DNA of 64,000 nucleotides from NCBI RefSeq assembly GCF_988242995.1, contig NZ_OZ547043.1; one strand, 5' to 3'. Shown piece by piece: positions 56,321 to 64,000 of this stretch (position 1 is its first letter; each line of letters starts with the position of its first letter). The notes under the pieces were generated by a model. It saw only the letters and a program-made list of their open reading frames with translations, ran no database searches and was not told where the DNA came from. The position numbers and the translations under genes were made by a program.

Positions 56321-57067
56321 TTAATACTCTCTCCGCTACACAGCGTTGTAGATCAATTGCGCACTATCATTGAAATAATTACCTGCTGATGATTATTTCA
56401 ACCTACTGAATTTCATCTAATTTTTTTCATTCCATGGCAAATTAGCCATTTCAAACATTATCATGGCTGATATTTTCCGTAGTCAGGTTTAATGTTTTAA
56501 AAGTGCTGTGGGAAAGTGAACAAAGAGTTCCGTAAGCGTTGATGCTATGGGCGGTTAAATAAGTAATCCGGGTTCATTTTTTTGCAACAGGCGTTGATTA
56601 CATTGCATAAATATCCGTGTCTCCAGACGCTATATAAAAACCTGAAGACATGAATGCGTTATTTACTCAGGTAATTTCAATGCGTTAAAAGAAAGCTGGC
56701 AATCCAATTGCCAGCTTAAGTCGAAACAAGGAGACTCGATATTTAAATCGGATTACATTTTAACTTTAGTAATATTCTTCAGAGATCACAAACTGGTTAT
56801 TGATAACTTATTCTTGGGCAGTAATCCGCAAACGTTAACTTTTTGTTTACCATTTACAAATTGATAACAACCAGGAATCTTACTTAGGATCAATATATGG
56901 AGTGCGTGATGGATAAATCTGAAGTATTGATTAGTGTTAATAGACGTATTAGTTCACGAAGGGCAAAGTTCTTATAGGCGTTTACTATATTGAACAACGA
57001 TTCGGACAAGGATGTAAATAATGAAAAGGATGACATGTTCGAAACGATAACGGCTAAGGAGCAAGTT

Positions 57068-57595
57068 ATGATTTTTCTCATGACGAAAGATTCTTTTCTT
57101 TTACAGGGCTTTTGGCAGTTGAAAGATAATCACGAAATGATAAAAATCAATTCCCTGTCAGAGATCAAAAAAGTAGGCAATAAACCCTTCAAGGTTATCA
57201 TTGATACCTATCACAATCATATCCTTGATGAAGAAGCGATTAAATTTCTGGAGAAATTAGATGCCGAGAGAATTATTGTTTTGGCACCTTATCACATCAG
57301 TAAACTAAAAGCTAAAGCGCCTATTTATTTTGTTAGCCGCAAAGAAAGTATCAAAAATCTTCTTGAGATTACTTATGGTAAACACTTGCCCCATAAGAAT
57401 TCACAATTATGTTTTTCACATAATCAGTTCAAAATTATGCAACTGATTCTGAAAAATAAAAATGAAAGCAATATCACGTCGACGCTCAATATTTCGCAAC
57501 AAACATTAAAGATTCAGAAATTCAACATTATGTACAAGCTGAAACTAAGACGTATGAGCGACATCGTCACCCTGGGTATCACATCTTATTTTTAG
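57068..57595 (+). CDS. gadE: LuxR-family acid-resistance activator GadE (175 aa)
   Basis: Start at MIFLMTKDSFLLQGFWQLK; preceded by about 0.8 kb AT-rich regulatory region. Confidence 0.9.
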   Translation: MIFLMTKDSFLLQGFWQLKDNHEMIKINSLSEIKKVGNKPFKVIIDTYHNHILDEEAIKFLEKLDAERIIVLAPYHISKLKAKAPIYFVSRKESIKNLLEITYGKHLPHKNSQLCFSHNQFKIMQLILKNKNESNITSTLNISQQTLKIQKFNIMYKLKLRRMSDIVTLGITSYF

Positions 57596-57933
57596 TCAGG
57601 ACATAAGCAACTGAAATTGATGGCTGGCATGACGAGGGATGCAGATGCTGATTTCATTACCCCCGGTGATTACTAAAGGAGAGGCGAAAACGACTTTATT
57701 CCCCTGGTATATGTATCCACCAGTAGAACCCTTCGTTGCCCGAATGCTGGCAGGAACTGTTGGCAGAACGGCAACATTTTTTTTGTCGTTGACCTCACCA
57801 TGTCGATCACTGTGCCTGTATCCCACCTTACTGGCTGACAACCCCACTATGCCGCTGGTCTGTAAATCCCTCATATCTCTCCTCGCGCGCAATTTAAAGA
57901 ACCGTTATTTCTCAAGAATTTTCAGGGACTAAA

Positions 57934-59091
57934 ATGAACAGAAGAAGAAAGCTGTTAATACCGTTGTTATTCTGCGGCGCGATGCTCACCGCCTGCGATG
58001 ACAAATCGGCGGAAAACGCCGCAGCCATGACGCCTGAGGTCGGTGTCGTCACACTCTCCCCCGGTTCGGTCAATGTGTTGAGCGAATTGCCCGGTAGAAC
58101 CGTTCCTTATGAAGTTGCCGAGATACGTCCCCAGGTGGGCGGTATTATCATTAAACGCAACTTTATCGAAGGCGATAAAGTGAACCAGGGCGATTCGCTT
58201 TACCAGATTGACCCTGCACCTTTACAGGCCGAGCTGAACTCCGCCAAAGGCACGCTGGCGAAAGCGCTCTCTACCGCCAGCAATGCCCGCATCACCTTTA
58301 ACCGCCAGGCATCGTTGCTGAAGACCAACTACGTTAGCCGTCAGGATTACGACACCGCGCGCACCCAGTTGAATGAAGCAGAAGCCAATGTCACCGTCGC
58401 CAAAGCGGCTGTTGAACAGGCGACTATCAACCTGCAATACGCAAATGTCACCTCGCCGATTACGGGCGTCAGCGGGAAATCGTCGGTGACCGTCGGCGCA
58501 CTCGTTACCGCTAATCAGGCAGATTCGCTGGTTACCGTACAACGTCTGGACCCGATTTATGTCGATCTCACGCAGTCGGTGCAGGATTTCTTGCGTATGA
58601 AAGAAGAGGTCGCCAGTGGGCAAATCAAACAGGTTCAGGGCAGTACGCCAGTACAGCTCAATCTGGAAAATGGTAAACGTTACAGCCAGACCGGCACGCT
58701 GAAATTCTCCGACCCGACGGTGGATGAAACCACGGGCTCCGTGACGTTACGGGCGATTTTCCCCAACTCAAATGGTGACTTGCTGCCTGGCATGTATGTC
58801 ACGGCATTAGTGGATGAAGGTAGCCGCCAGAATGTATTACTGGTGCCGCAGGAAGGCGTCACCCACAACGCCCAGGGTAAAGCAACGGCGCTCATTCTGG
58901 ATAAAGACGATGTTGTGCAGCTACGCGAAATTGAAGCCAGCAAAGCCATCGGCGACCAGTGGGTCGTCACCTCTGGCTTACAGGCTGGCGATCGGGTGAT
59001 TGTTTCCGGTTTGCAACGCATTCGTCCGGGTATCAAAGCACGAGCAATTTCCTCCAGCCAGGAAAACGCCAGCACCGAATCGAAACAATAA
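57934..59091 (+). CDS. mdtE: RND efflux membrane-fusion protein MdtE
   Basis: 385 aa; lipoprotein signal (LLFCGAMLTAC); upstream of mdtF. Confidence 0.93.
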   Translation: MNRRRKLLIPLLFCGAMLTACDDKSAENAAAMTPEVGVVTLSPGSVNVLSELPGRTVPYEVAEIRPQVGGIIIKRNFIEGDKVNQGDSLYQIDPAPLQAELNSAKGTLAKALSTASNARITFNRQASLLKTNYVSRQDYDTARTQLNEAEANVTVAKAAVEQATINLQYANVTSPITGVSGKSSVTVGALVTANQADSLVTVQRLDPIYVDLTQSVQDFLRMKEEVASGQIKQVQGSTPVQLNLENGKRYSQTGTLKFSDPTVDETTGSVTLRAIFPNSNGDLLPGMYVTALVDEGSRQNVLLVPQEGVTHNAQGKATALILDKDDVVQLREIEASKAIGDQWVVTSGLQAGDRVIVSGLQRIRPGIKARAISSSQENASTESKQ

Positions 59092-59115
59092 CGTTGCAGG
59101 CTTAAGGGGACTTTC

Positions 59116-62100
59116 ATGGCTAACTATTTTATTGATCGCCCGGTTTTTGCCTGGGTACTTGCCATTATTATGATGCTTGCAGGCGGTCTGGCGATCATGA
59201 ACTTACCGGTTGCGCAGTATCCGCAGATTGCGCCACCGACCATTACCATCAGCGCTACCTATCCAGGTGCCGATGCGCAAACGGTAGAAGACTCGGTCAC
59301 TCAGGTGATTGAGCAAAATATGAATGGGCTTGATGGCCTGATGTACATGTCTTCAACCAGTGATGCGGCGGGTAATGCCTCTATTACTCTGACCTTCGAG
59401 ACTGGGACATCTCCTGATATCGCACAGGTTCAGGTGCAAAATAAACTGCAGCTCGCTATGCCTTCATTACCTGAAGCGGTGCAGCAGCAGGGGATTAGCG
59501 TCGATAAGTCGAGCAGTAATATCCTGATGGTAGCGGCGTTTATTTCTGATAACGGCAGCCTCAACCAGTACGATATCGCGGACTATGTAGCGTCTAATAT
59601 CAAAGACCCGCTAAGCCGTACCGCGGGCGTTGGTAGCGTACAGCTCTTTGGTTCCGAGTACGCCATGCGTATCTGGCTGGACCCGCAAAAACTCAATAAA
59701 TACAATCTGGTACCTTCCGATGTTATTTCCCAGATTAAGGTGCAGAACAACCAGATTTCTGGTGGTCAACTGGGTGGCATGCCACAGGCGGCAGACCAGC
59801 AACTAAACGCCTCGATCATTGTGCAGACGCGTCTGCAAACGCCGGAAGAATTTGGCAAAATCCTGTTGAAAGTTCAGCAAGATGGCTCGCAAGTGCTGCT
59901 GCGTGATGTCGCCCGCGTCGAACTTGGGGCGGAAGATTATTCCACCGTGGCGCGCTATAACGGCAAACCTGCTGCCGGGATCGCCATCAAACTGGCTACC
60001 GGAGCAAACGCCCTGGATACCTCGCGGGCAGTCAAAGAGGAGCTGAACCGCTTATCAGCCTATTTCCCCGCAAGTCTGAAGACGGTTTATCCTTACGACA
60101 CCACGCCGTTTATCGAAATTTCTATTCAGGAAGTTTTTAAAACACTGGTTGAGGCTATCATCCTCGTCTTCCTGGTCATGTATCTGTTTTTGCAGAATTT
60201 CCGTGCCACAATCATCCCGACGATTGCCGTACCGGTGGTTATTCTCGGGACGTTTGCGATCTTGTCGGCGGTCGGTTTCACCATCAACACGTTAACTATG
60301 TTCGGGATGGTGCTGGCGATAGGGTTACTGGTGGATGACGCCATCGTGGTGGTGGAGAACGTCGAGCGTGTCATTGCGGAAGATAAACTACCGCCGAAGG
60401 AAGCGACGCATAAATCGATGGGGCAGATCCAACGTGCGCTGGTCGGGATTGCCGTTGTTCTTTCCGCAGTGTTTATGCCGATGGCCTTTATGAGCGGTGC
60501 AACCGGGGAGATCTACCGCCAGTTCTCCATCACGCTGATCTCCTCCATGCTGCTTTCAGTATTTGTGGCAATGAGCCTGACCCCTGCCCTGTGCGCCACC
60601 ATTCTGAAAGCCGCGCCGGAAGGCGGTCATAAACCTAACGCCCTGTTCGCACGCTTCAACACGCTGTTTGAAAAATCAACTCAGCACTATACCGATAGCA
60701 CCCGCTCGCTGTTGCGTTGTACCGGTCGCTACATGGTGGTCTACCTCCTGATTTGCGCCGGGATGGCGGTGCTGTTCCTGCGCACGCCGACCTCTTTCTT
60801 ACCAGAAGAGGATCAGGGGGTATTTATGACCACCGCGCAGTTACCTTCCGGTGCCACCATGGTTAACACCACGAAAGTGCTGCAACAGGTGACGGATTAT
60901 TATCTGACTAAAGAGAAAGATAATGTCCAGTCGGTATTTACCGTTGGCGGCTTTGGCTTCAGCGGCCAGGGGCAAAACAACGGCCTGGCGTTTATCAGTC
61001 TCAAGCCGTGGTCTGAACGTGTCGGTGAGGAAAACTCGGTTACCGCGATCATTCAGCGGGCAATGATTGCGTTAAGCAGTATCAATAAAGCCGTCGTCTT
61101 CCCGTTCAACTTACCCGCGGTGGCTGAACTGGGTACCGCGTCAGGTTTTGATATGGAACTGCTGGACAACGGCAACCTGGGACACGAAAAACTGACCCAG
61201 GCGCGAAACGAGCTATTATCACTGGCAGCGCAATCACCGAATCAGGTCACCGGGGTACGCCCGAACGGCCTGGAAGATACACCGATGTTCAAAGTGAACG
61301 TCAACGCCGCGAAAGCCGAGGCAATGGGTGTGGCGCTGTCTGATATCAACCAGACAATTTCCACCGCCTTCGGCAGCAGCTACGTGAACGACTTCCTCAA
61401 CCAGGGGCGGGTGAAAAAAGTGTATGTCCAGGCAGGCACGCCGTTCCGTATGTTGCCGGATAACATCAACCAGTGGTATGTACGTAACGCCTCTGGCACG
61501 ATGGCACCGCTTTCTGCCTATTCGTCTACCGAATGGACCTATGGTTCACCGCGACTGGAACGCTACAACGGCATCCCGTCAATGGAGATTTTAGGTGAAG
61601 CGGCGGCCGGGAAAAGTACCGGTGACGCCATGAAATTTATGGCAGACCTGGTCGCTAAACTTCCGGCAGGCGTCGGCTACTCATGGACCGGACTGTCGTA
61701 TCAGGAAGCGTTATCCTCAAATCAGGCTCCCGCGCTGTATGCCATTTCACTGGTCGTGGTGTTCCTCGCCCTCGCCGCACTTTATGAGAGCTGGTCAATT
61801 CCGTTCTCGGTGATGTTGGTTGTACCGTTAGGCGTCGTTGGCGCATTACTGGCCACCGATCTACGCGGCTTAAGTAATGACGTCTACTTCCAGGTTGGTT
61901 TGCTGACCACCATCGGGCTTTCCGCCAAAAACGCCATCCTGATTGTCGAATTTGCCGTTGAGATGATGCAGAAAGAAGGGAAAACGCCGATAGAGGCGAT
62001 CATCGAAGCGGCGCGAATGCGTTTACGCCCAATACTGATGACCTCTCTGGCCTTTATTCTCGGCGTGCTGCCGCTGGTTATCAGTCATGGTGCCGGTTCT

Positions 62101-62229
62101 GGCGCGCAAAACGCGGTAGGTACCGGCGTGATGGGCGGGATGTTTGCCGCAACAGTGCTGGCAATTTACTTCGTTCCGGTCTTTTTCGTTGTAGTGGAAC
62201 ATCTCTTTGCCCGCTTTAAAAAAGCGTAA
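59116..62229 (+). CDS. mdtF: RND multidrug efflux pump MdtF
   Basis: 1037 aa; AcrB-like N-terminus [27 protein letters not shown]. Confidence 0.95.
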   Translation: MANYFIDRPVFAWVLAIIMMLAGGLAIMNLPVAQYPQIAPPTITISATYPGADAQTVEDSVTQVIEQNMNGLDGLMYMSSTSDAAGNASITLTFETGTSPDIAQVQVQNKLQLAMPSLPEAVQQQGISVDKSSSNILMVAAFISDNGSLNQYDIADYVASNIKDPLSRTAGVGSVQLFGSEYAMRIWLDPQKLNKYNLVPSDVISQIKVQNNQISGGQLGGMPQAADQQLNASIIVQTRLQTPEEFGKILLKVQQDGSQVLLRDVARVELGAEDYSTVARYNGKPAAGIAIKLATGANALDTSRAVKEELNRLSAYFPASLKTVYPYDTTPFIEISIQEVFKTLVEAIILVFLVMYLFLQNFRATIIPTIAVPVVILGTFAILSAVGFTINTLTMFGMVLAIGLLVDDAIVVVENVERVIAEDKLPPKEATHKSMGQIQRALVGIAVVLSAVFMPMAFMSGATGEIYRQFSITLISSMLLSVFVAMSLTPALCATILKAAPEGGHKPNALFARFNTLFEKSTQHYTDSTRSLLRCTGRYMVVYLLICAGMAVLFLRTPTSFLPEEDQGVFMTTAQLPSGATMVNTTKVLQQVTDYYLTKEKDNVQSVFTVGGFGFSGQGQNNGLAFISLKPWSERVGEENSVTAIIQRAMIALSSINKAVVFPFNLPAVAELGTASGFDMELLDNGNLGHEKLTQARNELLSLAAQSPNQVTGVRPNGLEDTPMFKVNVNAAKAEAMGVALSDINQTISTAFGSSYVNDFLNQGRVKKVYVQAGTPFRMLPDNINQWYVRNASGTMAPLSAYSSTEWTYGSPRLERYNGIPSMEILGEAAAGKSTGDAMKFMADLVAKLPAGVGYSWTGLSYQEALSSNQAPALYAISLVVVFLALAALYESWSIPFSVMLVVPLGVVGALLATDLRGLSNDVYFQVGLLTTIGLSAKNAILIVEFAVEMMQKEGKTPIEAIIEAARMRLRPILMTSLAFILGVLPLVISHGAGSGAQNAVGTGVMGGMFAATVLAIYFVPVFFVVVEHLFARFKKA

Positions 62230-62239
62230 CGTGTAAATG

Positions 62240-62280
62240 AGAGTAAGGTTGAACGTGAGGGTTCAGCCTTACTCTTTCCT
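62240..62280 (+). terminator. hairpin terminator after mdtF
   Basis: agtaaggttgaac-gtgagg-gttcagccttact. Confidence 0.5.
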
Positions 62281-62591
62281 GCCAACCATTCACCACTCAA
62301 CAACCAGCTAACCGTCAGGAATACCAGGCTTAGTACACAGCACTGAAAGTAGAAACCACTCCAGCCATTCGTCATCAATTTGAATAACACAATAGTGACC
62401 CACATTCCCGTAATCGTATGAATTGTCAGCTTAATAATCCAAAACATGCCGAGTCTTTTCCTCCTGAAAATACCTATACCGCCTGGCAAACTGCGAAAGA
62501 GAACTAGCCGGTAGCCCGGCAGAAATCATCAGGGAAGAGTTTCACATGAAGCAGGTGTGAGATCCTGACCAATATTCAAATGCAAAATATG

Positions 62592-63320
62592 TCAGGAAAA
62601 GGTACCTGGCGAATGTTGCGCAAACTGATGTGGCGTTACACCATAATATTGTCGAAATGTGTTTATAAAGTACGATGTACTGCTATAGCCACATTTTTCC
62701 GCAATAGTATGCAGAGGAATTTGACGTAACTCGAGTAATCGTCTGGCCATCGACATCCTGGAGGCGAGTAATATTTTACTGAAACAGGTATTTTCATCCT
62801 GCAACTTTTTTTTGATTAGACTCTCGCTGGTATACATTCTTTCCGCGATATCGCGCAGATACCAACGTTTAGCGATATCAAAGCTAATAAGGCGTTCAAC
62901 TTTTCCTGAAACAGTACTGATACTATTGAAAAGTAAGGGGATCAGTTCTTTCTTATGAGAAAACATCGATAAACAGGAAAGATAGAGCATTTTGCTCAGT
63001 ATCGGTGAATTTACCCCGGAGTCATTGAAACTATCAAAAATCGCCGTCACCAGCGGCATGGGGGGTGACTGGTTAATTAACAGACGGTCTTTGCTATGTA
63101 ACCCTAAATTGCGTGGTATCTGACGAATATTTTGTAAGTAATGGCAAACTGTCAGCTCATCGATATCCAGTCGTCGCGTATCCGGTGAACAAAACGCAAA
63201 ATCGTCTGCCAAATTTTTATCCAGTAACAGGATACTCTCGTTGTGCAACGATATTTTTTGCTGTTCATGATAAATATCGAATGAACGACGAACGAGGATC
63301 ACCGAGCAGACATGAGTCAT
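62592..63320 (-). CDS. gadW: AraC-family regulator GadW
   Basis: 242 aa; C-terminal AraC-type HTH; position downstream of gadX and gadY. Confidence 0.9.
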   Translation of the reverse strand: MTHVCSVILVRRSFDIYHEQQKISLHNESILLLDKNLADDFAFCSPDTRRLDIDELTVCHYLQNIRQIPRNLGLHSKDRLLINQSPPMPLVTAIFDSFNDSGVNSPILSKMLYLSCLSMFSHKKELIPLLFNSISTVSGKVERLISFDIAKRWYLRDIAERMYTSESLIKKKLQDENTCFSKILLASRMSMARRLLELRQIPLHTIAEKCGYSSTSYFINTFRQYYGVTPHQFAQHSPGTFS

Positions 63321-63566
63321 GACTATCCCTTATATTTCATTACTGCGATTATTTCAATTTCAGTATACTAATGAAATGATGCCAGACTGTTTCTTAGCGC
63401 AAAAACTGCCAGATTTGGTAGGACCAAAATTTATCCACAAAGTAGTTTTGCATAACAGTTAATTGATAATAAGTAAATGCAACACGAATATATTTTCGCA
63501 CAGCGTATAGCTTATGTTTATAAAAAAATGGCTGATCTTATTTCCAGTAAAAGTTATATTTAACTT

Positions 63567-63671
63567 ACTGAGAGCACAAAGTTTCCCGTGCCAACAGGGA
63601 GTGTTATAACGGTTTATTAGTCTGGAGACGGCAGACTATCCTCTTCCCGGTCCCCTATGCCGGGTTTTTTT
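63567..63671 (+). ncRNA. gadY: GadY small RNA
   Basis: Sequence actgagagcacaaagtttcccgtgccaacagggagtg...cccctatgccgggtttttttt matches remembered GadY, ending in intrinsic terminator; antisense to the gadX 3' end. Confidence 0.8.
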
Positions 63672-63688
63672 TATGTCAGAGTAAAACT

Positions 63689-64000
63689 CTATAATCTTAT
63701 TCCTTCCGCAGAACAGTCAGTGCCGTAAAAATTCCCTTGCGCAACAATACTTGCCGCCGAGTCACGGTTCGACAATCCCTGCGCCGATCGCTCCTGATAC
63801 TCTGTGGGCGTCATCCCATAATAATTTCGAAAGACGTAAATGAAATACGACACGCTGTGATATCCACAGGACACTGCAACTCGCTTAATTGAAACCCCAT
63901 ATATAACAATAAGTTGTAAAGCACGCTGCATCCTACACTCAGTAAGCAACTGTGAATATGACGTACCTTCTTCGCGCAATTTTTTCTTTAACAGGCTTGG
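63689..64000 (-). CDS. gadX: 3' portion of AraC-family regulator GadX; start lies beyond the window end
   Basis: C-terminal AraC-type HTH region (YGMTPTEYQERSAQGLSNRD...); ORF still open at the window edge. Confidence 0.8.
   Translation of the reverse strand, partial: PSLLKKKLREEGTSYSQLLTECRMQRALQLIVIYGVSIKRVAVSCGYHSVSYFIYVFRNYYGMTPTEYQERSAQGLSNRDSAASIVAQGNFYGTDCSAEGIRL

Noticed and set aside
57596-57932. 98-aa minus-strand and 97-aa plus-strand ORFs in the gadE-mdtE intergenic region
   Set aside because: This region is the gadE 3' UTR / mdtE leader; the ORFs are low-complexity with no start context. A 3'-UTR-derived sRNA is possible but I cannot support coordinates.
62166-62489. 107-aa minus-strand ORF overlapping the mdtF 3' end and terminator
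   Set aside because: Overlaps the mdtF stop region and terminator hairpin; no RBS; probably spurious.

Overview
This window is an Escherichia coli chromosomal segment from the acid-fitness-island neighbourhood, with a K-12-like backbone and several accessory insertions. The backbone runs dcrB (3' end), yhhS, yhhT, acpT, nikABCDE-nikR, yhhJ-rbbA-yhiI, two DUF4049 (yhiJ/yhiL-like) paralogs, yhiM, yhiN, pitA, uspB, uspA, dtpB, rsmJ, prlC, rlmJ, gor, dinQ with agrA/agrB, arsRBC, yhiS, slp, dctR, yhiD, hdeBA, hdeD, gadE, mdtEF, gadW, gadY and the 3' end of gadX. Four blocks are absent from K-12 at these positions as I recall its gene order: (1) a seven-gene operon after nikR (GntR-type regulator, galactitol-family PTS EIIA/EIIB/EIIC, FGGY sugar kinase, HPr paralog, class II ketose-bisphosphate aldolase) where K-12 has rhsB; (2) an IS200-like element abutting the 3' end of the first DUF4049 gene; (3) a divergent ArsR-family regulator / ArsP-like permease pair after arsC; (4) the chu haem-uptake locus (chuS-chuA, chuTWXYUV) between dctR and yhiD. 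The most novel-looking observation is that both DUF4049 paralogs carry an ordered GDxxDR...GNHE...HHG signature typical of calcineurin-like metallophosphoesterases. All calls rest on reading the supplied ORF translations and the sequence itself; no database search was run, and gene-order comparisons with K-12 are from memory.
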